A stretch of DNA of 64,000 nt, from the NCBI GenBank assembly GCA_012295275.1, contig CM022665.1, forward strand, positions 42,842,001-42,906,000. Reading direction: 5' to 3'. This document shows, one piece after another, positions 26,157-40,153 of the stretch. A program made the position numbers and the translations under genes. Origin of the DNA: Chrysomallon squamiferum. Taxonomy: Eukaryota; Animalia; Mollusca. Position 1 is the stretch's first letter, and every line of letters begins with the position of its first letter. The notes below the pieces were generated by a model. The model worked only from the letters and a program-made list of their open reading frames with translations. It did not search any database and had not been told where the DNA came from.

Positions 26157-27333
26157 CTGAAAATATAAATACAACAATACAATAGTCAGACAATATATAC
26201 TTGTCATGTTTAATGTGTGTGTGTGTGTGTGTGTGTGTGTTTTAAAACAAGATTGAAGTTTGTGGTGATTTTAAACTTTTATATCAGAAGATATACTATT
26301 TATAAAATAATTCTGAAAATAAATAATTTAAACTAAAAATACATTATTCAGCATTTTTAAATTATAGTTATCAGAGAATGTGATGTTCAATGATGTGTGA
26401 CTGTTTTAAAGCAGTACTTTTTAATCTTTAATATCAGATATCATGTTCAATGATGTGTATGCATTTGTAAGTCGAATTATAGTTGTTATGTTTTCTCATG
26501 TATGTGTGTTTAAAGTAATATTCTAGTTTGTGGTGATTTTCATTGTCTCAGTTATTTTTAAACTTATTTATATTTTTATATCAGAAGATATACTATTTAT
26601 ATTTGTTATATTTAATGTTATATATGCATTTTTAAGTCAAATTATGGTTTCTAGTGTGCATTATTGTCTCAGTTTTTTAAAATTAAATTGCAGAAAAAAC
26701 ATCTGACTGAAGAATGTAGATCACAGGATCAAATCTTGGAGATAGTTCCTGTCATATTTCTTTTTAAGTATTGATGAACACAAATGTTCTTCAGAAAATG
26801 TGATTTGATATCAAGATTTTGGTACTGAGAAGAAATCCTTCAGGTATCATCTATTACATCTTATTATTTATTTTTAAAATTAAATATAGAAATGATCTAT
26901 TAATATGTATTCAAATAAACACACTATAAATATAGGAAATTAGAAAAAAAAAAAAAAATATGTAGTTTTCTGATTAAGTGATATTCAAACTGGATGGAAA
27001 TGAAATAAATAAAAACAATACAATAATAATTTAATATTGAAGCATTAAAATTTATGTAACGAAACAAAAAAGAGCAGATGTACCAGCAATTAAAAAAACA
27101 TTTGTTTAAAATAAAATATCACTGAAAGATAGAAATAGTATTAAAAAATAATAATAATAATAATAAAAAAATAAATAAAATAGACAAATATTTAAATAAA
27201 ATGAAAAAAAAATAAAATAAAATAAAATAACTAACAACAACAACCACAACAATAATAAATTATTTGTTTTGCAACTGTATCCATCATTATCACAAAAACA
27301 TAATTTAAACACCATCATTCTTATCACATCACG

Positions 27334-27367
<34 letters not shown>

Positions 27368-27735
27368 TTACTCAAATAAACCACCCATAACAACTTTAAA
27401 ACAAGACCTATGAGCTAGACTGGTAACTAGCTGAGGACATATCAGTGATGAGAGAGAGAGAGAGAATACCACACACAGGACAAGCTAAAACAAACAAGAG
27501 GTCTGCCCCAGGAGAACTGTGAAAGGACAGAGTTGTTTGCAGATGTTAAGTGGTCATCAGACTTGACAAGAAGTCAGAGGCTCAGTGAGAGAACAAGACT
27601 TGTTACTGATTGTTGTTCAGTCACCTCCAAGTAAACACGCTGAAATAGTTCCACGTGTGTCCTGACTTAGACAGGGAAATTAAATTTTCTACTTCTTTTT
27701 CTCAGTTTTTAATGTTTTTAAAGCCTATAATTGTG

Positions 27736-27770
<35 letters not shown>

Positions 27771-28620
27771 CTATATGTGTGTACATATATATGTCCATTT
27801 TTGTCTGTGCATGTGTATGTATATATGTATATATATATATATACATGTAGATTTCCATGTTTGTGCATATATGTTTGTATGTAGATATGCATGTCTATGT
27901 ATGATTATATGTATTAATTTGTGCATATATGCATGTGTATGCATATATTTAAACAACTATGGTTTTCTTTCTTTCTTTCTTCTTCTTCTCAGTTTTATTG
28001 ATGTAAAGGAGAAAGAAGGAATGAGAAGTTACAGATGTTGAGAAAGAATGATTTATAAACAGAATTCTTCTATTACCTTTTTTAAATTTTATTATTTTTA
28101 CATTTTAATTTTACTTATGAGCATATTATTTTTAAAAACACAAAATACTGTTTGACTATGTTATAAAATGTAAAACTAATTTAAGAAAAAAATTAATACA
28201 TTTTAATTTTTCTTGAGTTTTTGTATTTAAAAAAAACAAAATAAAACAAACAAGGAAATTGTAACAGTGTTGTAAAATGTTGAGTCAAGTGGAAATAAAA
28301 TATAATTTTGTATTTGAAAATTGTAGATGAGGAAAATTAAAATAAAAAATGTTTTAATTTAACAGAGCCATCTTTCTCTCTAAAAAAAAGAAAGATTATA
28401 ATAATAAAAAAATAAATAAATAAATAAATATTAATTATAAATAAAATAATGATAATAATAATAATGAAATAATAATAATAATAAATAAAATTCAATAAAA
28501 TAATAATAAAAATAAAATAAAATAACAAAAATAAACATTTAATAATAATAATAATAATAATAATAAAATTCAATAAAATAATAATAATAAAAAAAAATAA
28601 ATAATAACAAAAATAAACAT

Positions 28621-28673
<53 letters not shown>

Positions 28674-29169
28674 AACAAAAATTTAAAAAAGGGACTGCTT
28701 TAAAATAAACTACACTGTTCCTTTAACTCATCAATTTACAATATCTAACAAAGACTGCTTTCTCTACCACTAATCCTCTCCTATCCTCACAGAATGGAAA
28801 CTGTGTCTGACAGAATTTCCTTTAATTTAGATTCAGGTTAATGAGCTGTCTGGAGAGCTGGTATTTTCTGCCTTAATCTCAGACTGCACTTGTTAATTGA
28901 CAGTTTTCTCTTGTATCTGTGTGTGTGAGGTGGTGTTATATAAATCAGTTTTCTTTATGTGGGGCTAGGGGTTGTCTGACCCTTGTTATTTTCAATTGTG
29001 ACTAGGAATTTAAAAATTACAGAGTGTCTTGTGTGTACACTCTCAGTGTCTCTCTCTCTGTCTGGTTACAGTGTAATTATCTAATGTGGAAAAAAAGTAT
29101 AAATATATATGTGGTAGAATTTAAACTGGTTTATCTTCTTGTTAAAAAATATACCAGACCAAAAATAAA

Positions 29170-29262
<93 letters not shown>

Positions 29263-29590
29263 TATAATAATAATAACAACCACCATAGTAGTAGTAGTTG
29301 TAGTAATAACAGCAGCTGTAGTAGCAGTAATGGTCATATTACTAGTAGTAATTATAATAGTCACAGTAGTAGTTGTAGTAGTATATAAATAAATTAAATA
29401 AATGAATAAATATTTATTTCAATGTAATTTTGTACATCAACCTTTGCTAATAATAAAGTCTGATACTGTTAGCATTCTTCTATGTATTTTATTATAGAAG
29501 TTATCGGCTGTTTAAAGATGTGTGTATGATTAAGTCATATTTGGGTCATAATTAGATTTTGTTATTCTAATTAGAGAGATGTGTAAACAC

Positions 29591-29652
29591 AGTGGACAAC
29601 TGATTCAGCATCCATGATACCTGAAGACAGCACTCTAACCACTAAGCCACAG
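29591..29652 (-). mobile_element. Degraded tRNA-derived SINE head
   Basis: Minus strand reads ctgTGGCTTAGTGGttagagtgctg (Pol III A-box) with a decayed B-box; no full cloverleaf. Confidence 0.35.
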
Positions 29653-29803
29653 CCCATGCTTTAGAGAACAATACATCTGAAGATTAATGTGAAGTGTAAT
29701 CTTTTTGACAAACACAATTACAGCACAATGTGACATACATGAGGTGAGATAACTACTTGGGAACAATGGTTCATGTGCAGGCCTTTCTTTACTCTGTATA
29801 TGT

Positions 29804-29848
<45 letters not shown>

Positions 29849-30078
29849 AGTAAATGTGAGTATACATGTATACCTGTATTATAAATTGATATAAAAGGAT
29901 GTGCAGAATGCTCTGATTAGCACATTAATATTTTTCCATGTGCAGAATTTTAAATATCAAACAGTATACATGTAAATGAATACCTGTAACTGTATCTGAT
30001 AGTGACAATCCCAATACACTGTGACATACAGGAAAAGTAAGATAATTGCTTAGGAACACCAGAGCATACTTACTTGAA

Positions 30079-30112
<34 letters not shown>

Positions 30113-30240
30113 AAATAAGTAATAAGTAAAAGTGTGTTATTTAAATAAGTAATAAGTAAAAGTAATTGAAAAGAATCATTTCTACACCACTAGACATGTA
30201 TAAAATATTAGATAATCGCTTGGGAATAATAAATCGCACT

Positions 30241-30309
<69 letters not shown>

Positions 30310-31589
30310 GTGCAGCATGCATGCATATGAATACATATATGTATTAGTATATGTCTAAGTCTATATTTAAATATAACTGTATTTATTTAAATGTGACTGT
30401 GTGTTATACATGTAAATAAATAAGGGTAACCCTATCTGAAAAGAACCATCCCTACACACTGTGACATACGTGAGATATGAGATAACCAGCAACAATAGGT
30501 CACATCTGACTGAATAATCTCTCTGATAACCCATGGGTGTGTTTTTTAAAGTACACTGCCATCTTTGTATGGACATCATATCAGTCAGGAATTACTGGTT
30601 TCATTGTACTCTCAGTTTAGATAAAGAATTCTATATACATATGTCAAAGTAAATTTTAGTTCAAAGAAAAAGAAACAGAAAACCAAGCAGTTAGATACTT
30701 TGACGTGTTAAATGAACTCAAAATATATACAGAACTAAAATGGAATAATAAAATATTTTCAGGAATAATATTGTATAATCATTAATGTACACTAACAAGA
30801 CATGTCAAAAAATAAAAAAATAAAAATATAAACAATTAAGAATTTCAGGATTTTAAGGTATTTGTTAATGACTGCTAAGATCAGTACCCTTCAACATCTT
30901 ACAACACAAACACACACAGAGACACACAGCTGCACATATATATTTGTATAAGACATGTAAGTATTCAATGATCCTGACTTTTTTTTAGTCAGTATACTAA
31001 AAGAGAGAACAGGAGCACACAATTATAGAACGTGACATCCAGTGTCTTTGTAATTTCTCAGTTTTCAAAGTAACACGCAGAAAACTGTTCAGGAATCTCA
31101 AGTGACAAGCAAAGTTAATGGAGGAAACAGAATATTTATTACATATTGTAACAGAACAAGTTGTCAATTATTCAAACTGTCAGATCGGTAGCTTTGTAGT
31201 AGCTGGGGGGGGTGGAAAGGATGAAACTACCTTATTTTATTTTTTTATTTTTTTATTTTTTTACTTTTTTAATTTTGACTGGTTGATAGAATGTGTTGCT
31301 ATTTCAGTATTGGTTATTACAGGAAAATATTAGATTAATGTTAAAACAGGAATAGAGATAAAAGAAGGGTAAGTATGTGGTTTCCCTTAAGTATATGCAT
31401 ACATGTGTAAGGATTATTTATATATGTGTGTGTGTATATGTGTATGTATGTATGTATGTATGTATGTATGTATGTATGTATGTTGTATATATGAATGAAT
31501 TTAATGCTTGAAACACCTTAATACAGAAGGAATCATTTCTGATAAAATTTTATTTTGGATCCAGCTCTAAAATCACATACACACACTTT

Positions 31590-31593
31590 TCTC

Positions 31594-31627
<34 letters not shown>

Positions 31628-31659
31628 TTCTTTCCCCTCCCTCTCTCTCTCTCTCTCTT

Positions 31660-31722
<63 letters not shown>
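31590..31722. repeat. (CT/GA)n microsatellite next to the L27-exon donor; representative of dozens of (AAT)n, (AGT)n, (GT)n, (AT)n and (TATG)n tracts in the window
   Basis: Direct inspection; other long tracts at 1006-1073, 2511-2565, 3366-3423, 6179-6223, 29171-29275, 30244-30306, 38750-38980, 60060-60275. Confidence 0.97.
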
Positions 31723-31726
<4 letters not shown>

Positions 31727-31738
31727 ACATCTGCTTAC

Positions 31739-32025
31739 CGTTATATGTGGGTTTCTTAACAGATTAGCCAGCTCTCTTGCATAGGGCTCTTTGGAGTTAA
31801 GAACAAGGTTGCACACATCACTGGTAATGTCCTGAGAGTTGACAGCTACTGGTTTGGCTGGGGGAGACTGGGACGTAATGTCCACGATTTTCTGGTGGAT
31901 CTGCACGGCCTGCTGGAACTGGCTGTTGTGGAAAATGTTATTTAAAAACCTGACGTCCGACAGATCCTCGGACGAATGGAGTTCATTACGAATGTGGTGC
32001 AGAGACTGGAATAAATCTTCTATTC
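31739..32025 (-). CDS. PALS1: PALS1 L27N/L27C exon
   Basis: (G)IEDLFQSLHHIRNELHSSEDLSDVRFLNNIFHNSQFQQAVQIHQKI...PYARELANLLRNPHIT; ttcag| and |GTAAGC. Confidence 0.92.
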
Positions 32026-32095
32026 CTGAAATAATAATAATAATAATAATGGTAGAATCTGACATAGTAGTAGTAATAGTAATAATAGCAGCAGC

Positions 32096-32144
<49 letters not shown>

Positions 32145-32516
32145 TAATAATAATGGCAGAATCTGATATAGTAGTAGTAATAGTAGTAATAGCAGCAGCA
32201 GTTACAATAATAAAAATAATAATAAAATAATAATAAATAATAGTAGTAGTAATGGAAGTAGTAGTAGTAGTGACGGAAGTAGAAGTAATAGTAGTAGCAG
32301 TAGTAATGACAGTAATAATAGCAAAAGTATATTAGTGGTAGAGGTAGTGATAGTAGTGGCAACAGTACACTAGTAGTGATGGAAGTAATAATAAATAAAA
32401 AAATAAATAAAGAATGGCAACAGCAACAACATTAATGAGAAATACAATTTTTTTCTCTTTCTCACATACACAGGAAGTGAAGAAAGTCTTTCTTAATTTA
32501 TTTACTTATTTATTTA

Positions 32517-32564
<48 letters not shown>

Positions 32565-33250
32565 CACATACACATACACACATATTTTTATTAACATGAA
32601 TTATCAGCAAGGGATATTTCACAAGCAACGTCCAAGAAACAGAAAAAGCACTGATAAACCAATTGGCAGAGCAATGGTTGGAACTGAATAAACTATACAG
32701 GGAATAGGCCAAAGTGTGTACATGAAAGAGGATTGATTCATCTGAGACCTGTATTAGAAAAACTGAGCAAAATGCTGATCTGGTAGCAAAACAAATGTCT
32801 CTGTTGTTTTCAAGATGAAGGAAATGGCTTCATCGGTTCTGACTGAAAAACAGTCTGGTCTCCCAGGAGAATCGGTAAGAGATTGGAGAAAAATCACCAC
32901 ACTGGGATACACCACACAGAGAGCAATCAATCCATAAACAATACACAGGCCCTTCCACAGAGACTGCAAATGATCTTAGCATTTTAGTAATCAGCTTTAC
33001 CCGTCATGCTGTCATTTTCACTAAGTACCTAATAATTTTCATTCTGTTCCTGACTGGACTTGTGTGTTAAATAGACGTTCTGCTTCAGTTTTATTATCCT
33101 GAAGAATAATATTTCACAATAATCATCTGTGTACCATTTAGATGATATCCAGTTCCAACCAGTACTGGTTTAATATTTCACAGAATCATCTATGCATGAT
33201 TTAGGTTATATCTAGTTCCAAAGAGTACTGAATTACTAAATTGAAATTTG

Positions 33251-33550
33251 CTACAACTCAGTGGTTGAGACTAAGCCTTAGGAAGATCAGGTTGTAAGAT
33301 CAATCCTTATCTATGTACCCTTTCAGTTGTCTCCAATTCTGACCCAATCTGATTTATCAAACAGAACCTCTCTATAACTTAGTAGTAAAAATCTGAGCTT
33401 AAAAAACAGACTCAAGATAAATAGTAATCTATTTAACCCTTCTAGAAAAGTCATATTCCAACTTAATCTTTACAATCTATCTATTAAATGGTTTGGTATG
33501 TGCCCTCCTGTCTAACAATAAAACATTGAAGACTTTTTGATAATTGCTAA
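33251..33550 (+). mobile_element. Degraded tRNA-derived SINE remnant
   Basis: aactcagtggttgaga (A-box-like) and gttgtaagatcaatcc (B-box-like) at tRNA spacing; similar decayed heads near 46190-46260, 55030-55085 and 58690-58756. Confidence 0.3.
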
Positions 33551-34389
33551 GATAAGGTCATTATACTGAAACTGGGTTTTCTTTAACAGAATTATACAAA
33601 CAACATGGAAAAAGCTTCAAACCTGTTAAGATTAGTTACAAACATGGTAAGGTATCTTTTGATATACTGTGCTCATTCTTTACAGATAATTGTAAAATTA
33701 GCCTATGAAATAATGATACTAAATTTTTTTCCAGATTTTAGACATACATATGCTCATAATTTTTTTACATATAACTGTAAAAAACAGCCTATAAAATAAT
33801 ATTAAATTTTTGTTTCCAGATTTCAAACTATGACTGTATCATTATCAGCTGTTAATGCAAAAAACTCATCAACAAATATTTGTCTACTTCAGAAACTATT
33901 ACAACCTGCTGTTAATCTGGTCATTTACTCTGATATTCAACACCGTCACTGCAGTATTTAATGTAATATAATTATAATACTCGGTATTGAATAACTGATG
34001 TATTAAACCTGCTCTCTGATTAGCAAACATTAACTGTAATCACGTTGAATAACTAATTTATTAAACCAGCTAAAAAACACATTTAATTACACACAGCCAT
34101 GGAATTCAATACACACACTATGTACCACCCATCCATGCAAAGTATTTTAGCAATTTATTAATCAGCCTTACCACCATGATGACATTTTCACTAAGTATCT
34201 AATTTTCATTAATTCTTAACTACATAGGTAGTAAATGGACGCATTAAACCTAACTGCTATAAGCAATACAACATGTAAATATAATGACATATACTGACTG
34301 TGAACAGAAATCTATTTTAGGCACAGAATGTCATTCTAATGGTCTAATAAGAGAAATAGATATGCTGTTACTGAAGTAAAAATGTGCAA

Positions 34390-35052
34390 ATATAATGGTC
34401 TGTTCTGTAATGGGATAAAATATTACTGTAACTAAGAATATTTAATTATAATGGTCCAATTAAAGTTAATGGATGCAAAAGATACAATGTTACTATAAGT
34501 AAGAGCTTGAAACCATAATGGTCTATTCAGCATTGGATACAATACTACTATAAATAAAAATATGTACTCATAATGGATATAATATTATTATATGAATATG
34601 TAATTATAATGGTCTGTTGTGTAAATTGTTATAGATATAATATTACAATAAGTAAAAATATGTAATTATAATGGTATATTCTGTAATGGATACAACACTA
34701 ATTAAAGTAAAAATATTTAATTGTAACTGTCTATTCTGTAATGAATATAATACTATCATAAGAAAGAATATCTGTATGGATACTATGCTTCTGTAAGTAA
34801 GCACATCTATTTATAATGGTATATTCAGAGTAATATATATGACAGTCTACAAATACAGAATATGTAATTATAATGGTATATTCTGTAATGGATACAATAC
34901 TACTGTAAGTAAGAATATTTAAATATAACTGTCTATTCTATCATAAGAAAGAATATCTGTTTGGCTACTGTACTACTGCACATCTATTCATAATGGTATA
35001 TTCATAGTAAAATATACATGACCGTGTACACATGCAGAATATGTAATTATAC
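34390..35052. repeat. Degenerate ~55-bp minisatellite with a ~200-bp higher-order duplication
   Basis: Recurrent gtaattataatggt(a/c)tattctgtaatggatacaat; 34660-34860 resembles 34861-35050. Confidence 0.75.
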
Positions 35053-35077
35053 AAGTCTTAGTTAGTACTGAACTTAC

Positions 35078-36132
35078 CAATATTTTTTTTCATGTAGTTC
35101 TCTCTGCCTGTCAGCTGAGGCAGAGGAGGGGGAGCAGCAGGAATTCCATCCACCAGGTCCTCCTCCTCCCCATCCATGAAAGCTGTGTTGTCAATCCCTA
35201 ATGGAAGCAGTTTCTTGCTGTCCTCCAGAGCCTGCAGTTTCTTACTGTCCTCCAGAGCCTGCAGTTTCTTAGAGCCACGGATGGAAGTGCGCAAGAACTC
35301 ATTCTCCTCGATATGTCGTGCTTCCTCTTCTCGCCTTTTCCTCAGCTCCTCCTGGTGTCTGCGAAGACGTTCCAGCTGCTCCATCGTTGGCTGTGGTTGT
35401 GGCTGTGGTTGCGACTGTGGCTGGTTGTTGGCCACGTTGGAAAGGCTGGTTTCGGTCATAAAACCATAGTCCATGGAAGAATTGAGACTTTTTGCAGGCG
35501 AGGCTTGTGCAGCAGTTGCTCTGGGAGTATAAGACTGAGCTGGAGGGTACCTCGGGGGACCCTTAACAGTGGCCACAAAACTGTCTGGACAGTCCACAGC
35601 CATTTCCCTGTGAGGACCGGAATCCTCCAGCTCAAAGGAGCTGTGTTCAACCTCACTGTCTGTTGTGTTCTCCTTCGAGTGATTCTGAAAGTTCTGACTC
35701 AGAGGACGGCCGTTAGCCGGCAAGCGTCCTTGAACCTCTAAATCCTCTATCAACGGAGTCTCGGAATTTCTCTCCACTTTCTGTCTCTTTCCGTCCTTCT
35801 TCGTCTTTCCTTTGCCCTTTTTAGGGGTCTCATTTTCGAGGAACCCATTCATTTCAATGAACTGAGTGCTTCCATTCAGCTCGCCGTTGTTGGCGTGACC
35901 GTTGGCCTTCTTCTTGGGGCTCTTTCCAATAGGCATGGACGCTGTGTTGGTGAGAGAGCTGAATCGGTCTGGAATCTTCGGCGGTTTCGAGCTGATTTTG
36001 TTGAGTCGGTCGACAGTTTTATCATATCACGTGGCACGACGTTCTGAAGTGTGGCAGCATTCTCAAGTTTTTGCTGGGCATCGTCCTCAACAGCGACTAT
36101 GAATGCATCCTGGACTTTTTCAATTTCGGAAA
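35078..36132 (-). CDS. PALS1: PALS1/Stardust large N-terminal exon with ECR1 and ECR2; uninterrupted ORF from ATG 35936, upstream 196 nt probably also coding across a frame break
   Basis: GPHREMAVDCPDSFV (ECR1, Par-6 binding) and RKRREEEARHIEENEFLRTSIRGSKKLQALE (ECR2-like) are Stardust/PALS1 hallmarks; acceptor ttttcag| at 36133, donor G|GTAAGT at 35077. Joining from ATG 35936 gives 849 aa. Confidence 0.92.
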
Positions 36133-37207
36133 CTGAAAATAAAATTACAAAGTTAATAAATATAATAATAATGATGATTATGATGATCATGATGGTGATA
36201 TTGACAGTGATTATGATAATGATGTCAGTAATAATAATGATAGTAGTAGTAGTAGTAGTGGTGGTAGTGGTGGTAGCAACAGCAGCAGTATATAGTAGTA
36301 ATGATGATGATGATGAGAGTAGTAGTAATAGTAGTAGTAATAATATGCTCTGAACTGCATGATATCATCAAAATTGTTGTTTAAACTTAGTTAGAAATTG
36401 TCTGAACACATTTAATTAACATACTGCTTCATATAATGGATGAGAAATTTATAGCACATTAAAATGTGAGCTTACACATTTGTCAAGCAATACAAATAAC
36501 AAAAATGGCAAAAGAAAGGTTTATATCCATAGAACATGTTGAATCAAGTTCTGTACAACTGTTACTTTTATGTTCGTATACAATACAAACCCAAATCTAC
36601 TGAGCAGGTTATGCCATGAAAAATATAAAAAGTGTAATAACAATAAAAAATATTAAAATGTATTAATTTTTCCTTCTGATTCCACATTTATGGAATACCT
36701 GTTGTGATTATATTTTAAGAATCTTGATCAGAATTTAATTATTCAATAATTTTATTAATTTCCGTTCCAGCATCCTTTACTTGTGTCTTGACATTCAGTT
36801 GCATATACAGCATAAAATGATATCACACATAAAACAGCTTATATAAAAATTGCATCATGCTGAACTATTTTTTATACAGTTATTTACATTTTGTTTTTCT
36901 TTTCCCCATTTCAAGTGCAAAATAAGTGCATCTTTATCATTCTAGGCTCTAGTCCAAAGTTTATTTCAACAAGAAATCTAGGATGAAGAGAAACATTAAA
37001 TATACAGATAAATTAAGAAAATTTCAGTAAAGTGGTACACAAACTTAACAGTCAAGCTGTAAAATAGATTAACAAGTTTCATCAAGTTTATCTGTCATGT
37101 TGTGAGAAAGAAACATTAGCTTGTGATTATTTTATTCATATGTTGTCCTTAGTTATTGAGTTGTCTTGTAAAAATATCACTAGTGGTTTTGTGAATATTG
37201 AATTAAA

Positions 37208-37243
<36 letters not shown>

Positions 37244-38744
37244 GTGTATACATGTTGAGGGTTTTTGTGTGTCTACGTGTTGTCTGTGTGTTGTGTATAT
37301 GTTGTGTGTATGTTGTGTGTATGTTGTGTATATGTGTTGTGTATGTTGTATGCTTTTGTGTATTTTATTGTGTATGTGCATGTGTTTGTGTGTGTGTTGC
37401 ATGTATGTATGTATTTATGTGTAAATTGGTATGTATACTGCAATTTTAACGTGTGTTTTCGTACATGTGTGTGAATATATGAATGTTTTAATACAAGTAC
37501 GTGTACTATGTAGATATGTACATATACAAATCAATGTTTTTAAAAGGGTATGTATTTAAATGGTTTACATGTGAAGAAAGTAAACATTCAAGAATTTACA
37601 GATCCCCCACCTTTCTGTACTTGTTTCAAATAACCCTTATCTTTAAAAAGAAAGAAAAAAAAAAGAAGAAAAAAGTGTTAATTGAACACAACATGAACAT
37701 CTGAACAAATATGGCACAGAGTATTTATCCAATCAACTGACAGCTTTCAAACAATGTCTAGGTAGGAACAAATACACTTAACGCTGTCACTGATTAGGTG
37801 ATAATTTGACACTGTAACAAAGTTCACACAGGTCAAGGACATTGTTATTATTTGTTACCTGGCAACAATACTGACTGGATTACAAGGGTAATATCTTATC
37901 TATGTATCAAGTCTTAAAATAATTTAAATTTTAGGACCTGAGACCTAGAGGTGCTGGGTTCTATTCTCAGTAGCTACCTCTAAAATGCATATATATATAT
38001 ATGTATATAATTTATGTATGTAATGCTTGTATTATATATGTCATATTATACATGTATGTTCTATAATATGTATATTTATATGAACATTTGTATGTATATT
38101 TATAATTTATTTTTATAAATAAATAAATAGAAAATGAAAAAATGAAATAAAATAAAATAAAATAAAATAAAACAGATAAATAAATAGAAAATAAAAAATA
38201 TAAAATAAAATAAATAAATAGAAAATATTTAAAAATAAAATGAAATAAAATAACTAATAAAATAAAAAAAAAAATAAATAAATAGAAAATAATATTTAAA
38301 AAATAAAATAAAATAAAAAGCTAATAAAATAAAATAAAATAAAATGAAATAAAATAAGTAAATTCTCATATCCCTTTAACAAAACACATTATTATATTTA
38401 AAAGCAGTTTGGCTTGAATTCCCTCACAGCACTGTGTTTATTGACAGTCTATAAATACACTCTGTGAGTGGTAAAACAAATCATCTGTTGTTTCAGTGAT
38501 GTTTGTTTACATTTTTAATCACTAGTTCACATACATTATAAAACATGATCTCACTTTACAGCAATGCCCATTTGCCAGAAAAGAAAACAAAAAAACGTTT
38601 GTTTAGTTATTTTGGCATTCGTTCAGTTTTAGCTTGACAAACAAGTCAATTTTGCTGTAATTTGTATAAGATTTGGTTTGGATTTTATATACAACATTTT
38701 TTTTTTTTTTTTTTTTGTTTTTTTTTCCCCTTCTTGCATGTGTT

Positions 38745-38808
<64 letters not shown>

Positions 38809-38855
38809 ATATAAATATATATGCATATATATTGTGTATATATATATATATATAT

Positions 38856-38899
<44 letters not shown>

Positions 38900-38948
38900 A
38901 TATTTGTAAATATATTGGTGTGTGTGTGTGTGTGTGTGTGTTTTTGTG

Positions 38949-38984
<36 letters not shown>

Positions 38985-39188
38985 CTGTTATGGTTAAGGA
39001 TCTGCGTGTGAATGTGCAGTTTTTTTGTGTGTGTGTATGTGTGAGTGTGTATGCGTGGATGTGTATGTGTTTTTACGTATGTGAATATTCATGTGTTTGT
39101 GTTTGTGTATGTGCATGTGGGTTTTTTCTCTGCATATCTGCATGTGTTTTGCATATGTTTAGAATGTGTTACATTTGTTTAGAATGTA

Positions 39189-39220
<32 letters not shown>

Positions 39221-39924
39221 ATCTTTATGAATATGCATATATAAAGATACAATGTGAATATTTAAATCAGTGAAGTTTTTTTTTTTTTTTTTTCTGTTTT
39301 ATTTTCTTCCACGCAGGTTACGAAAGCCTGCAGCTGAATGGCAGGCCACTGCATAAGTTGTTATTTTATCTGCACTATTAAGCTGAGGGTTACTGTCAGA
39401 TTAAGATGGATAACAGTTGTGTGGTGGCTTGGAAAAGACTTTGAAAAGTCAATCAGCTCTCAGGAAAAAAACCTAACCATTATTGATTTAAAGGTTAAAA
39501 TGACCAAAGTGAAAGGCAGATATGCTTCCTGTTATAAGCTGTTGATTTTATTCATTTAGTTTTCCTTATAGTGTTATTATTAATTACTATTATAAATATA
39601 TTATTTTTAATAAATTAAAAAAATTTAGTATATTGTTGCTGTTGTTGTTTTGTTGTTACTACTACCACTACTGCTACTTTTACTAGTTATTTATTTATTT
39701 ATTTATTTATTTTTTTATCTTTTAAAAACTTTATTCTCATACACATATACTTTGTAATATAGACGTAATTAATAATGGTAATCATGCCATTAAGTAATTA
39801 AGATTAAACAACACTGTAATTTCTGATGAAAATGTATGCCAATGACACAAACATCTAGGAAATCCTGTAGATTATAAAAATTGACAATCACACACTCCCA
39901 AAGTCATGTCTTAATATGTGTGAC

Positions 39925-40153
39925 AAAAACTGCCAATGTCACTATTTCTGTATTACTGATAAAAACTGCCAATGTCACTATTTCTGTATTACTGATAAAA
40001 ACTGCCAATGTCACTATTTCTGTATTACTGATAAAAACTGCCAATGTCACTATTTCTGTATTACTGATAAAAACTGCCAATGTCACTATTTCTGTATTAC
40101 TGATAAAAACTGCCAATGTCACTATTTCTGTATTAAAGATTGCCAATGTCATT
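39925..40153. repeat. 36-bp minisatellite, about 6.3 near-perfect copies
   Basis: Unit AAAAACTGCCAATGTCACTATTTCTGTATTACTGAT at 39925, 39961, 39997, 40033, 40069 and 40105 (last one variant). Confidence 0.97.

Noticed and set aside
35176-36102. Antisense and alternative-frame ORFs over the large PALS1 exon
   Set aside because: Shadows of a GC-rich coding exon with few stops; no independent homology
39925-40153. 36-bp repeats of CRISPR-like length; ORFs with KTANVTISVLLI or CQCHYFCITDKN periodicity
   Set aside because: Units are head-to-tail with no unique spacers, no cas genes and a eukaryotic context; the ORFs arise because 36 is a multiple of 3
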